Shown: positions 46,340-56,444 of the stretch, piece after piece
Layout: each line of letters begins with the position of its first letter
Numbering within the stretch: the first letter of the stretch is position 1
Assembly (NCBI GenBank): GCA_964542655.1
Contig: CAZIWB010000010.1
Span: forward strand, 137,533-201,532
Source: an uncultured Cellvibrionaceae bacterium
GTDB lineage: Bacteria; Pseudomonadota; Gammaproteobacteria; Pseudomonadales; Cellvibrionaceae
Length of the DNA stretch: 64,000 nucleotides
Direction: 5' to 3'
Program-made: the position numbers and the translations under genes
Notes under the pieces: generated by a model
What the model saw: only the letters and a program-made list of their open reading frames with translations
Told to the model about the DNA's origin: nothing
Databases searched by the model: none

Positions 46340-47008
46340 ATGGATAACATCGTCAAGTCTATTATTGAAGTTTATCGTCCTAAGGTGGAAGGCGAAGTTA
46401 AATTCGCTGATAAACATATTGTGGTTAAGCATAAGGATAGAAACGGCAATGGAGATGATGTTTTCAATGCCTCTAAAATTAAGCCTGTAAAGCGTGCACC
46501 AGATCATGGTTACAACCAAGAGAAGGACACACAAGTATACGAAAATTATGAAAAGAGCCATTTTGTTGATCTTAATCAAAAAACTGGCGACGTGCATGTA
46601 TATGGTCCGGGGAAGACAGGCGAAAGAAAGTTAGTAAAGACTTTCCATAGGGCTGCACATGGTGACAACACACTTTACAAGGCACAAGATTTCGCTTGGG
46701 CACAGAACGAAAAGAATGGTGTTTCTTTAGGAAAGGGCGACAAGAAAATTGGTATGAGAAAGATTACAGAAAAGCTTTCTAAGGATGACGTAATTTCCTC
46801 ATTCATCAACAAGTATGTTGCGGAAGAAAAGACACTAGAAGAAAAGGTTCTTACCGAAATTAAAGATATGTCTGACACACATATCGTCGCCATCATGGGT
46901 CTTTTCGAAAGCCTAGATGAAGAAAACCAAAGACTTCTGTATTTTACTCTTAGAGAAGAAAATGGTGCCAAGGAAGTTCTAGACTTCATTATAGGAGGTA
47001 CAGAATAA
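46340..47008 (+). CDS. Hypothetical head-module protein
   Basis: 222 aa; position in the head module. Confidence 0.35.
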   Translation: MDNIVKSIIEVYRPKVEGEVKFADKHIVVKHKDRNGNGDDVFNASKIKPVKRAPDHGYNQEKDTQVYENYEKSHFVDLNQKTGDVHVYGPGKTGERKLVKTFHRAAHGDNTLYKAQDFAWAQNEKNGVSLGKGDKKIGMRKITEKLSKDDVISSFINKYVAEEKTLEEKVLTEIKDMSDTHIVAIMGLFESLDEENQRLLYFTLREENGAKEVLDFIIGGTE

Positions 47009-47379
47009 TGGCCCTTAATATCCTAGGTAATAGAAAGAATACTTCGGTAGTATTGCACGTATCTGGTGGTAATGAAACCATCACGATTGCTGGTAATACA
47101 AGCACATCTACCATAGCTACTAGTGATGAGATAATTACTGGCGCTTATATTGCACAAGTTATTTGGGGCAATGGTACTGATGGGGTTATTACTCTAACAC
47201 GTGGTGGTACTTTGGTTGCTACCTATGATACCACTGGTCATATTGATTATGCTGGTGTTGGTATGCCGCTTACGCTTAAATCTACTGATAACTTAACAGT
47301 AAATCTTTCTGGCAACTCATATATCATCATTGAACTACAGAAGCAAGGTACGTTCACAAGTGAATATCTGGTTAATTAA
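47008..47379 (+). CDS. Hypothetical Gly/Thr-rich beta protein
   Basis: 123 aa; ATGG overlap with the upstream gene. Confidence 0.35.
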   Translation: MALNILGNRKNTSVVLHVSGGNETITIAGNTSTSTIATSDEIITGAYIAQVIWGNGTDGVITLTRGGTLVATYDTTGHIDYAGVGMPLTLKSTDNLTVNLSGNSYIIIELQKQGTFTSEYLVN

Positions 47380-47388
47380 GAGGGCAAA

Positions 47389-48075
47389 ATGAAACTTATA
47401 ACAGAAATCACAGAAGATATTGAGTACATCACAGAAGCCAAGGAAGACGGTAAAAAGAACCTTTATATTGAAGGAATCTTTCTACAGTCTGCTATCAAGA
47501 ATAGAAACGGAAGAATCTATCCTGAAGGCGTGATGGATAAAGAAGTGGCGCGCTACATGAAAGAATCTGTTGATAGAAAGACAGCGGTTGGTGAATTAAA
47601 TCACCCGCCGTCACCATCGATCAATCTAGATAGAGTTTCCCATAGAATTGTTTCACTTAAGAAAGAAGGAACAAACTATATTGGTAAGGCTCTTATTACT
47701 TCTACTCCCATGGGCAATATTGTTAAGGGTCTTATGGAATCCGGTGTACAGCTTGGCGTTTCATCTAGAGGTATGGGCACACTAAAACCAAACAAACAAG
47801 GAATTAACGAAGTTCAAGAGGATTTTCGTCTAGTTACCGCTGCCGATGTGGTTAGCGATCCTAGCGCACCTTCTGCTTGGGTTAATGGCATCATGGAAAA
47901 CGTAGACTGGATTTATGACGATAAAATGGGATGGAAGTCCGTTGATATTGTTGAAGCCATTGTTTCAGAAACAAAGGGCAAAATCGAATTAGCTATCAGA
48001 GAAAAGATGCTACAAGAAAGAAAAATTCAGCTTTTTGAGAATTTTATGGCTAAAATTTCAAAGCGCGCAATTTAA
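47389..48075 (+). CDS. g21: Prohead core protease (gp21 family)
   Basis: GELNHPPSPSINLDRVSH matches the T4 gp21 active-site region GELGHP. Confidence 0.75.
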   Translation: MKLITEITEDIEYITEAKEDGKKNLYIEGIFLQSAIKNRNGRIYPEGVMDKEVARYMKESVDRKTAVGELNHPPSPSINLDRVSHRIVSLKKEGTNYIGKALITSTPMGNIVKGLMESGVQLGVSSRGMGTLKPNKQGINEVQEDFRLVTAADVVSDPSAPSAWVNGIMENVDWIYDDKMGWKSVDIVEAIVSETKGKIELAIREKMLQERKIQLFENFMAKISKRAI

Positions 48076-48123
48076 TAAATATTAGAACAAATTAAAGACA
48101 TATGTCCAAGGGAGTAATTTAAA

Positions 48124-49368
48124 ATGGCAGTTGATTTTAATAAAATGTCAGATGAAGAAATTCTAGAATACGTAGAAAATCTTTCTGATGAAGAATTCGA
48201 AAATCTTGACGAAGGCGCGAAGGCGTTCCTAGACAAGTACCTAGAAGAAGCATTTGACGAAGACGAAGGCGAAGAAGAAATTTCTGAAGACGCTGAAGAA
48301 GTCACTGAAAGTGAAGAACTAGAAGAAGGCGAAGAACTAGAAGAAGGTACTGAAGCTGCCAATACTCTTAAGCCAAAGGGTGGTTCATCCGCTGGCGATT
48401 CCAGAGCGGAACAGCTTGCAACTTTCACTTCTCTTATGTCTCAACTAGGCAAGGAAGACCTTTCCAAGTTCCTTAATCAAGCACTGGAACAGATCGGCAA
48501 GGAAGCTGACAAGACACCGGGTACACCTGAAGGCAATAGAGCTACTATTACAGCTAAGCCATCTGCGGCTAAGGGTTCTGGTAAGGCAACACCATCCGAA
48601 CCAATGAAGAAGCTAACCAAAGAAGATATCGATGAAATCTTTGCTGGTGACGAAGTTATTTCTGAAGAAACCAAAGAAAAGGCTACCGTAATTTTTGAAG
48701 CTGCACTTCATACAAGATCAATTCTTGAAGAAGCTAAGCTACAGGAAGCTTTTGACGCTAAGATTGCAGAACTAGAAGAAAGCTACGACGAAAAGCTTGA
48801 AACAGAAATCGAATCTATCACTGAAACGCTAATTGAGAAGATCGATAGCTACATGGATTACACTGTCCAAAACTGGCTAGATGAAAACGAAGTACAGATT
48901 ACCAACTCACTTAGAGCGGAAATTGCTGAAGACTTCATTGCTGGCCTTAGAAACCTATTCGTAGAAAGCTACGTAGAAGTTCCTGAAACTAAGCTTGATA
49001 TTGTTGAAGAACTACAGGCACAGGTTGCTAGCCTTTCTGAAGAGCTATCCGCCGCTGTTGATCAGAACATTGAACTATCAAACATTGTTGCAGAATCATC
49101 CAGAGAAAACATCATTAATTCTATCTCCGAAGGCCTAACGGTATCCGAAACTGAAAAGCTTCGTACCCTAGCTGAAAGCGTTGAATTTTCTGATTCCGAT
49201 ACATTCACCAAGAAAGTAGGCATGATCAAAGAAAATTATTTCTCTGAAAAGAAAACACCTACAACCGGTCTGATTGTTGAAGAAATCGATGGTACAGATG
49301 CAGAAGTTAAGAACACAAATCCAACAATGGACAAGTATATTAACGCAATCTCTAAAAACATAAAATAA
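48124..49368 (+). CDS. g22: Prohead scaffold protein (gp22-like)
   Basis: 414 aa, very acidic and coiled-coil, with an EEGEELEEG repeat; lies between g21 and g23. Confidence 0.65.
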   Translation: MAVDFNKMSDEEILEYVENLSDEEFENLDEGAKAFLDKYLEEAFDEDEGEEEISEDAEEVTESEELEEGEELEEGTEAANTLKPKGGSSAGDSRAEQLATFTSLMSQLGKEDLSKFLNQALEQIGKEADKTPGTPEGNRATITAKPSAAKGSGKATPSEPMKKLTKEDIDEIFAGDEVISEETKEKATVIFEAALHTRSILEEAKLQEAFDAKIAELEESYDEKLETEIESITETLIEKIDSYMDYTVQNWLDENEVQITNSLRAEIAEDFIAGLRNLFVESYVEVPETKLDIVEELQAQVASLSEELSAAVDQNIELSNIVAESSRENIINSISEGLTVSETEKLRTLAESVEFSDSDTFTKKVGMIKENYFSEKKTPTTGLIVEEIDGTDAEVKNTNPTMDKYINAISKNIK

Positions 49369-49411
49369 TAAATAAAGTATAGAAATAAACTTTTAAGGGA
49401 GAAGAATAAAA

Positions 49412-50773
49412 ATGAATATTATTTCTGAAGACATCCAAAGAAAGTGGGAACCTGTTCTAGAACACTCCGCACTTCCTGAAATTAAGGATGCACACCGTAG
49501 AATGGTTACTGCAACCATCCTAGAAAATACTGAAAAGGCACTCAACGAAGGTCGTCAAGCAATGTCTGGCCAGAGCCTTCTAGGTGAAGCTGCACCAACT
49601 AACGCAACTGGTTCCAGCATCGATAATTTCGATCCGGTTCTAATTTCGCTAGTTCGTCGTGCGATGCCAAACCTTATTGCGTATGACCTTTGCGGCGTTC
49701 AGCCAATGACTGGTCCTACAGGCCTTATCTTCGCTATGCGTGCACGTTACGACAACCAGACAGGTACAGAAACCTTCTATAACGAAGTTGATACTGGTCA
49801 CTCTGCACGTGGTGGTGCAAACGCATCCGCAACTGCTGCTGGTTACTCTGCTGCTAACGTAGTTGGTGGTCAGGATTCCAACATCGGTACAGCACCGGGC
49901 GCTGCTAACAACGTTGGTGGTAACACATACAACTTTGCTGGTGGTATTGCTACTGCACTTGCTGAAGGCCTAGGTTCTAACACAACTGCTATCTTCCCTG
50001 AAATGGCATTCTCAATTGAGAAAGTTATTGTGGAAGCTAAGTCTCGTGCGCTAAAAGCTGAATACAGCCTCGAACTAGCACAAGACCTTAAAGCAATTCA
50101 CGGTCTGGATGCTGAAACAGAACTATCCAACATTCTTTCTGGTGAAATCCTTGCTGATATCAACCGTGAAGTTGTACGTTCTATCATCACCATTGCTAAG
50201 CCGGGTGCACAGGAAGGCACAGTAACTCCGGGCGTATTCAACCTAGACACCGATTCTAACGGTCGTTGGTCTGTTGAAAAGTTCAAGGGTCTTCTGTTCC
50301 AGATTGAACGCGAAGCTAACGCTATTGCTAAGGGTACCAGACGTGGTAAGGGTAATATCATCCTTTGCTCTTCGGATGTTGCTTCCGCTCTAGTTATGGC
50401 TGGTGTTCTAGACTACACCCCTGCACTTAATGGCAACAACGGTATCAATCCAGACGACACAGGCAATACCTTCATTGGTGTTCTTAATGGCCGTTTCAAG
50501 GTTTATATCGATCCGTATGCAGGCGCTAACTACCTAGTAGTTGGTTATAAGGGTTCTAGCGCATTTGATGCTGGTTTCTTCTATTGCCCATACGTTCCGC
50601 TACAGATGGTTCGCGCAGTTGATCCTGCTACCTTCCAGCCTAAGATTGGTTTCAAGACACGTTATGGCGTTGTTAACTCTCCTTACGCAGAAGGCGCTAC
50701 AGAAGGCCTAGGCCGTCTAGTACAGGATTCCAACGTGTACTACCGTAGAGTTATCGTACAGAACCTTCTCTGA
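49412..50773 (+). CDS. g23: Major capsid protein (gp23 family)
   Basis: 453 aa with a strong RBS; an AATAAATA late-promoter-like box at 49364-49371; canonical position after the scaffold gene. Confidence 0.85.
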   Translation: MNIISEDIQRKWEPVLEHSALPEIKDAHRRMVTATILENTEKALNEGRQAMSGQSLLGEAAPTNATGSSIDNFDPVLISLVRRAMPNLIAYDLCGVQPMTGPTGLIFAMRARYDNQTGTETFYNEVDTGHSARGGANASATAAGYSAANVVGGQDSNIGTAPGAANNVGGNTYNFAGGIATALAEGLGSNTTAIFPEMAFSIEKVIVEAKSRALKAEYSLELAQDLKAIHGLDAETELSNILSGEILADINREVVRSIITIAKPGAQEGTVTPGVFNLDTDSNGRWSVEKFKGLLFQIEREANAIAKGTRRGKGNIILCSSDVASALVMAGVLDYTPALNGNNGINPDDTGNTFIGVLNGRFKVYIDPYAGANYLVVGYKGSSAFDAGFFYCPYVPLQMVRAVDPATFQPKIGFKTRYGVVNSPYAEGATEGLGRLVQDSNVYYRRVIVQNLL

Positions 50774-50794
50774 TTGGTTCTTACCTACAAAATT

Positions 50795-50818
50795 AAAGGG
50801 GGCTTCGGCCCCCTTTTT
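50795..50818. terminator. Strong bidirectional rho-independent terminator
   Basis: AAAGGGGGC-TTCG-GCCCCCTTTTT between g23 (+) and the homing-endonuclease-like gene (-). Confidence 0.75.
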
Positions 50819-52211
50819 ATTGCAATACAAATGTGGCGGTTCCGCTATTCCATATTTTAGGAATATCAAGAATGCCCATTACATCATTCTCTGATAGTGT
50901 ATTATCAAAATCCTTGAATTTATTTTTCATGAATTGTGTCCTAGAAACTCTTTTCTCGCCGTTCACAACATACCAATATGACGGGCGATTTTCTGCTATT
51001 TTAATAAACCCATTCTTAACATATACATCACCGTAAGAATAGCACTTATCCGCGTAAGTGACAATACTGCCTTCATTTAATTTCCTGAAATACTTTAGTA
51101 TCTTACTAAATGACCCAATGACAGATGTATTTAATTTGTTAGCAAATCTGATTAGTTCCCATTCGTAGTTTTTATTAAACCTAGGCTTACCAAAAGTCAT
51201 AACAGAAACCAACTCACCAGAATGATATACACCTATAGATATACTAGATGTCGTATCTCCTTGTATATGGTTGTCATTAAGGAATTGCTTAGCGGTGGTT
51301 CTATCTATAATTTGAACTATACACTTTCTAGCATATATCCGCCTATCAGTAACACCCAAATTATGGGAAATAATAGATTTAATTACCTCTGGTTTGGTTT
51401 TCCAATCATCACTCCATAGATGAAATAATTTAATTCCCTTCTCTTGACATAGAGAAGTTTTATCATAGTGTGACGTTTTTGGTTTAAATTTATCCGTATG
51501 GAAATATACCCCATTATATTCTATAGCATATCCCAATTCAGGAACATAGATATCAATCTCTTTACCTATTATTGATCTATTATTAGTCAATACTTCTTTA
51601 TTGGTAATTGACCGCACAAAATCAAGAATTTCTAATTCCTCTTTCGATACGAAAGATTTTTCTCTTTCATATGAATTGGCTGGCCGCATTTCGATGCCGT
51701 GCTTTCTCATGAAAATGGATAGAGTTGATTTAGAAGTTCCTAATTGTCTCGCAATCAATTCAAGAGTATCACCACTATCATATAGTGTCTGAAGATCATT
51801 CTTATTTTCAAGAATTTTCATAACCTTATATGATGACTGATTGTATTTAACACTAGGAATCCTATGCTTTTCAATCCATTTATTAACAGGGGTGACGGAT
51901 ACCCCTAATTCACCCGCAATGACATCTTTAGACTTGCCTAAATTAATTCTCTGATCATAAAGCCAATCTCTATTACTAAGCTTTTCTAACACCCCTTGTG
52001 GTAGTTTATTCTTACCAGTTTGGTTTCTTTTATTGGCGATAGAAGAAGTTTCCTTGTGACTTCTTCTCTCTATTCCGTGTTCATTTAACCAGTTCCTAAC
52101 AGTAGGATTAGACGTGTTAAATTCTCGCGCCAAAGCACTTATAGAATAGCACTGGTCGATATACAAAGATAACAACACATCCCTGCTAGGAACTTTAATT
52201 TTATTAGCCAT
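50817..52211 (-). CDS. Homing-endonuclease-like protein: three tandem HTH modules plus a Vsr/DUF559-like nuclease motif (paralog of 1..1165)
   Basis: Three repeats of xxxxIAxELxxSxxTVxxWxxKHxI; EIDIYVPELGYAIEYNGVYFH; C-terminal RIYARKCIVQ...NHIQG. Inserted right after g23, where T4 has a freestanding homing endonuclease. Confidence 0.5.
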   Translation of the reverse strand: MANKIKVPSRDVLLSLYIDQCYSISALAREFNTSNPTVRNWLNEHGIERRSHKETSSIANKRNQTGKNKLPQGVLEKLSNRDWLYDQRINLGKSKDVIAGELGVSVTPVNKWIEKHRIPSVKYNQSSYKVMKILENKNDLQTLYDSGDTLELIARQLGTSKSTLSIFMRKHGIEMRPANSYEREKSFVSKEELEILDFVRSITNKEVLTNNRSIIGKEIDIYVPELGYAIEYNGVYFHTDKFKPKTSHYDKTSLCQEKGIKLFHLWSDDWKTKPEVIKSIISHNLGVTDRRIYARKCIVQIIDRTTAKQFLNDNHIQGDTTSSISIGVYHSGELVSVMTFGKPRFNKNYEWELIRFANKLNTSVIGSFSKILKYFRKLNEGSIVTYADKCYSYGDVYVKNGFIKIAENRPSYWYVVNGEKRVSRTQFMKNKFKDFDNTLSENDVMGILDIPKIWNSGTATFVLQ

Positions 52212-52219
52212 GATAATAC

Positions 52220-52609
52220 TTAGGCGTTGTGTTCCATCATATCTACTAGATCAAAGTGTCTCACTGGTAGGAACATCACCGTATTAAAATCTTGTTCCAT
52301 TCCCACAAACTTATAGGATGATTTTGATCCACCAACATTAACTCTTTCTACTTCTAGAAGATCACCAACTTCAAAAAGACTAAGCGCATATTCCAGTTCA
52401 GAATCATACCCGTTCCTACCAAGGAATTTAACCTTGTCGCCACGAACACACATGTTATCTAACACCCATTCCAAAGTGATACCGGGCACCACCAATGACT
52501 CATCTTCATGGTGTTTAAAACCGATGTATTCAGAAACTACGCCATGGGCTTCTAGGCGATCAAACTCTTTATCGTAAATAAATTTTTTATCCATAAATAC
52601 CATATACAC
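52220..52609 (-). CDS. Hypothetical protein
   Basis: 129 aa ORF co-oriented with the endonuclease-like gene. Confidence 0.4.
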   Translation of the reverse strand: MYMVFMDKKFIYDKEFDRLEAHGVVSEYIGFKHHEDESLVVPGITLEWVLDNMCVRGDKVKFLGRNGYDSELEYALSLFEVGDLLEVERVNVGGSKSSYKFVGMEQDFNTVMFLPVRHFDLVDMMEHNA

Positions 52610-52623
52610 TAAATGAGGTAACT

Positions 52624-53100
52624 ATGCAATCACTAAACTTCCTATCACCTATAAATTTTAACTTTGCATTATCAAATGTCCCTACAGTGGAATTTTTGGT
52701 GCAAAAAGCATACCTACCCGGAATTAATCTAGGTTCCGCCTTTGTTCCTACGCCATTCGTTAGATTGCCTACACCGGGTAACATTTCCTATACTGATTTA
52801 CAGATTACACTAAAATTAGATGAGAATATGCAGGCGTATAATGAAATTCTAGATTGGATGGAAGCACTAGGCCATCCTGATAACCTAGAATCCCAATATG
52901 AGAATATCAGGGGAGACGCCAGAATTACCGTACTAAATAGTAGTAACAGACCAATACAGGATTTCACATACACAGATGCATATCCTACGATGCTAAGCCC
53001 ATTACAATTTGATGCTACGTTAACAGACGTTCCTTACTTCTCTTGTGATGTGTCTTTCGCTTTTGGTAGAATTATTAGACATAAAGTGACTAGGAGTTAA
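52624..53100 (+). CDS. Hypothetical protein; gp3-like tail completion protein suggested by cyanomyovirus synteny only
   Basis: 158 aa ORF between g23 and uvsY; no motif recognised. Confidence 0.3.
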   Translation: MQSLNFLSPINFNFALSNVPTVEFLVQKAYLPGINLGSAFVPTPFVRLPTPGNISYTDLQITLKLDENMQAYNEILDWMEALGHPDNLESQYENIRGDARITVLNSSNRPIQDFTYTDAYPTMLSPLQFDATLTDVPYFSCDVSFAFGRIIRHKVTRS

Positions 53101-53101
53101 G

Positions 53102-53578
53102 ATGATTTTAGAATTAGTGAAGCGTAATGATCCTATCTTGAAAAAGGTAGCAGAGAAATTTGATTTCAATAATCCACCAGTAGACCCGCTAGACTTGGCA
53201 ACTGATCTAGCAGAAACCCTATTAGAAACAGATGCAGTAGCAATTGCCGCTAATCAGGTTGGATTGCCCCATAGAGTATTTGTTATCAAAGCTGATGAGC
53301 TTATCGTTTGTTTTAATCCAGTGATCGTAGATCAATCCGAAGAAACCATTAAGCTAGATGAAGCCTGCCTTACATTTAAAGGCGTATCAGCCAAAATCAA
53401 GAGGCCTAGAGTTATCAAGGTTCGTTACACAGAACCAAATGGAAAAACAGTAACAAAAGTTTTTCAGGATATGACAGCAAGAATATTCCAACATGAAATA
53501 GACCATTTAAATGGCCTAACCATGGTAGATCGTTGCTCCTATATAGAGAAGGATAAGCTGTTAAAGAAACTTAAGTAA
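53102..53578 (+). CDS. def: Peptide deformylase
   Basis: The three PDF motifs: AANQVG (GxGxAAxQ), EACLT (EGCLS variant) and QHEIDHLNG. Confidence 0.8.
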   Translation: MILELVKRNDPILKKVAEKFDFNNPPVDPLDLATDLAETLLETDAVAIAANQVGLPHRVFVIKADELIVCFNPVIVDQSEETIKLDEACLTFKGVSAKIKRPRVIKVRYTEPNGKTVTKVFQDMTARIFQHEIDHLNGLTMVDRCSYIEKDKLLKKLK

Positions 53579-53591
53579 TAAAGGAGTTGTT

Positions 53592-54029
53592 ATGAAAATT
53601 GATGATATCATGGATATGTGGGATGCGGACAGTGTAATTGATAGTACAAATCTATCTTTAGAATCACTCAATATTCCTAAGTTACATGCCAAGTATTACC
53701 GAATCTATATTAACGAAAAGTTGGTGCATAAGAAATATGATGCCCAATATAAAGAGTTAAAGATGGAAAAATATGAGTTTTATACTCAAGGTCCAACTAA
53801 AGAACAACTAGATATGGGATGGAGATTACCACCTATTGGTAAGATATTAAAACAGGAAGTTCCACAGTATCTAGAATCCGATAAGGATTTAATCAATCTG
53901 TCATTAAAGATTGGTCTACAGAATGAAAAGATAAAGTTTCTAGAGTCTATCATTCAATCATTAACGGGAAGAAGTTTCAATATCAAGAATGCTATTGAGT
54001 TTGAAAAGTTTAAGATGGGAGTTGGATAA
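53592..54029 (+). CDS. uvsY: UvsY-like recombination mediator
   Basis: 145 aa; the N-terminal IDSTNL block matches T4 UvsY VFIDSTKL; lies next to uvsW. Confidence 0.5.
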   Translation: MKIDDIMDMWDADSVIDSTNLSLESLNIPKLHAKYYRIYINEKLVHKKYDAQYKELKMEKYEFYTQGPTKEQLDMGWRLPPIGKILKQEVPQYLESDKDLINLSLKIGLQNEKIKFLESIIQSLTGRSFNIKNAIEFEKFKMGVG

Positions 54030-54102
54030 ATTTTGGGCATACTATGCCTTAAATCCAAAGACTAAATACTCTATGAAACACTTAGAGAATCAAAAGGCGT
54101 TA

Positions 54103-54200
54103 GCCTTTTGAAACCGCGTAGCGGTTTCAAAAGGCTTACTAGATACCTTTAATGACTCTAGGGTAAACCGCTGCGCGGTTAAAGGATTGCTGCGCAATCC
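54103..54200 (+). promoter_or_regulatory. Three consecutive GC-clamped hairpins in the uvsY-uvsW intergenic region
   Basis: GCCTTTTGAAACCGC-GTA-GCGGTTTCAAAAGGC (14 bp stem), AACCGC-TGC-GCGGTT and GGATTGC-TGC-GCAATCC. Confidence 0.45.
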
Positions 54201-54321
54201 TGTACCATAGGTTTTTATAAGTCATTAATAACCTTTTAAGTCCTTCTATAAAACATCTAATGTTTAGTATACCAAAATCTCAAAAGTTGTCAAGTAAAAA
54301 ATGCATATAAGGTGAAGAAAA

Positions 54322-55785
54322 ATGTCGAATGTTTTTATTGAAAGAGTAGATAACGTGTATATTAGAGTACATGCAGAACCTCATGTAATAATGGAGCTAT
54401 CCGATTACTTAACTTTCAAGGCACCCGGATATAAATTTTCACCGAAATACAAAGCCAAACAGTGGAATGGTGATATTCACTTGTTGAATAGGCTTACTTG
54501 TATGGTTTACGGCGGTCTAATCAAGAGAATTAAAAAGCTTTGTGATGATAGAGGATATCCGATTTCTTGGGATGAAAGTCTATTCTATGACGATATTTCT
54601 AGAGAGGAAGTCATAGAGTTTATTGATGCTCTTGGCATTCCTGTAGAAATTGAGGCCAGAGACTACCAGATAGATTCTATCAGGACATGTGTTTCTTCTC
54701 GTAGACGTACCCTTATATCTCCTACATCTAGCGGTAAAAGCTTTATGATCTACGCCATTACACAATGGTTTAAGAAAGAAAAGGCTCTTATCATCGTTCC
54801 TACTGTCAATCTGGTAAATCAGATGGAATCAGACTTTAGGGAATATGGATATAAGGGAGAAATCCATACGTCTGTTGGTGGCCTATCCAAATCAAATGAT
54901 ATTGATGCAGATATCGTTATTACTACATGGCAGTCTGTGGACAATGGGAAAACCAAACAAACAGATCAGTGGTACAAGCAATTTGGTCTGGTGTTCGGTG
55001 ATGAAGCCCATGGATGTAAGGCAGCATCTCTAATTCGCATTTTAAAGGGTCTATCAAACGCGAAATATCGCTTCGGTACTACTGGTACCCTAGATGATGA
55101 ACCTCTTAACGTAGCGACTATTGAGGGTCTTTTTGGGCCGCAATACAGGTCTATTTCCACCAAGGAAATGATTGATCAGGGATATGCCACCAAGATCATA
55201 ATTAAATGTCTTGTTCTTCGGTATCCAGAGGAAGAACGTAAGGCGTTTGCTAAGGCTAAAAATAGCTATGCGGATGAATTACAGTATATCACAAATCACA
55301 CAAAACGTAATAATTTTGTGCGCAACCTTACCACATCTCTAAAGGGTAATAAGCTGGTATTCTTCAGGCTTAAGGATCACGGAAAGAGATTGTTTGATTT
55401 AATTTCAGAAAGAACAAGTGGTAACGTTTTCTATATTGATGGCAGCGTTAAGGGTGAACTTAGAGAACAAATTCGTAAGGCTATTGAAGACGAAGAAAAT
55501 GCAACTCTGGTTGGTTCTTTGGGGACTACTTCTACTGGTGTGAATATTAAAAAGCTTCACCACATGATTGCTGGTTCGCCATCAAAGAGCAAAACGAAGG
55601 TTCTACAGTCAATCGGGCGTTTGTTAAGACAGCATTCATCTAAAGATGTTGTGTACATGTATGATGTGGTTGATGACCTAACTTGGAAGAAGAACATCAA
55701 CTTTGTTATGAACCACTTCCTAGAAAGAACGAAGATATACGACAAAGAACAGTTTGAATACCAAATATTTCAAATTGATTTGTAA
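54322..55785 (+). CDS. uvsW: UvsW RNA-DNA/DNA helicase
   Basis: The N-terminus aligns with T4 UvsW (FKAPGYKFSPKYKAKQWNGDIHLL versus FEADGYRFNPRFRYGNWDGRIRLL); SF2 helicase motifs PTSSGKS, DEAH and TTGT. Confidence 0.85.
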   Translation: MSNVFIERVDNVYIRVHAEPHVIMELSDYLTFKAPGYKFSPKYKAKQWNGDIHLLNRLTCMVYGGLIKRIKKLCDDRGYPISWDESLFYDDISREEVIEFIDALGIPVEIEARDYQIDSIRTCVSSRRRTLISPTSSGKSFMIYAITQWFKKEKALIIVPTVNLVNQMESDFREYGYKGEIHTSVGGLSKSNDIDADIVITTWQSVDNGKTKQTDQWYKQFGLVFGDEAHGCKAASLIRILKGLSNAKYRFGTTGTLDDEPLNVATIEGLFGPQYRSISTKEMIDQGYATKIIIKCLVLRYPEEERKAFAKAKNSYADELQYITNHTKRNNFVRNLTTSLKGNKLVFFRLKDHGKRLFDLISERTSGNVFYIDGSVKGELREQIRKAIEDEENATLVGSLGTTSTGVNIKKLHHMIAGSPSKSKTKVLQSIGRLLRQHSSKDVVYMYDVVDDLTWKKNINFVMNHFLERTKIYDKEQFEYQIFQIDL

Positions 55786-55838
55786 ATAACGCTTTACTTT
55801 TACTATATAATAGTCTATATGATCACTAAGGAAACAAT

Positions 55839-56444
55839 ATGACACAACGTAAAAAACCAAATCATTACGTAGATAATGAAAAGTTATACTTAGCGATGAA
55901 AGATTTTATTGAGAAGTATAATAAGGCTGTTGCTGAAGGCACACAACTACCCCAACCATCAAACTATATCGGCAAGAGCGTAACTGATATTGCCGAAGGT
56001 TGGGCTAGAAGTCCAAAGTTCAATAGATACACTTTCAAGCAAGAAATGATTGAAGATGGTATTGAGAATGTTTTCAAGTATATTCACAATTTTGATCCAG
56101 TGAAATACAGCAATCCACATGCTTACTTCAGCCAGATTATCTACTTCGCATTTTTAAGAAGAATTAAACTTGAACAAAAAGACCAGTATATCAAGGCAAA
56201 ACTACTGATCGATTCCAGTATTTTCAATGGGTTTAGTGAACTATCACACGATGATATGGTGCACATTAATGATGTATACCCAATGATCAATGATCCAGAC
56301 TTCATTGAACGGTATCAGAAGCTTAAGAATATTTTTGAGCCTGATGACGACAAAGCCAAGGAAGATAAACCCAAAAAGAAAAAGGGAATTGAGGCTTTCC
56401 TAGAGGATAAGGAAGAAGAACTAGAGGGAGATTTAGATGAATAA
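55839..56444 (+). CDS. g55: Late sigma factor gp55
   Basis: KYSNPHAYFSQIIYFAFLRRI matches T4 gp55 [21 protein letters not shown]. Confidence 0.8.
   Translation: MTQRKKPNHYVDNEKLYLAMKDFIEKYNKAVAEGTQLPQPSNYIGKSVTDIAEGWARSPKFNRYTFKQEMIEDGIENVFKYIHNFDPVKYSNPHAYFSQIIYFAFLRRIKLEQKDQYIKAKLLIDSSIFNGFSELSHDDMVHINDVYPMINDPDFIERYQKLKNIFEPDDDKAKEDKPKKKKGIEAFLEDKEEELEGDLDE

Noticed and set aside
48250-48360. Tandem EEGEELEEG-encoding repeat
   Set aside because: It lies in-frame inside the acidic scaffold gene g22. It is low-complexity coding sequence, not a regulatory or mobile repeat.
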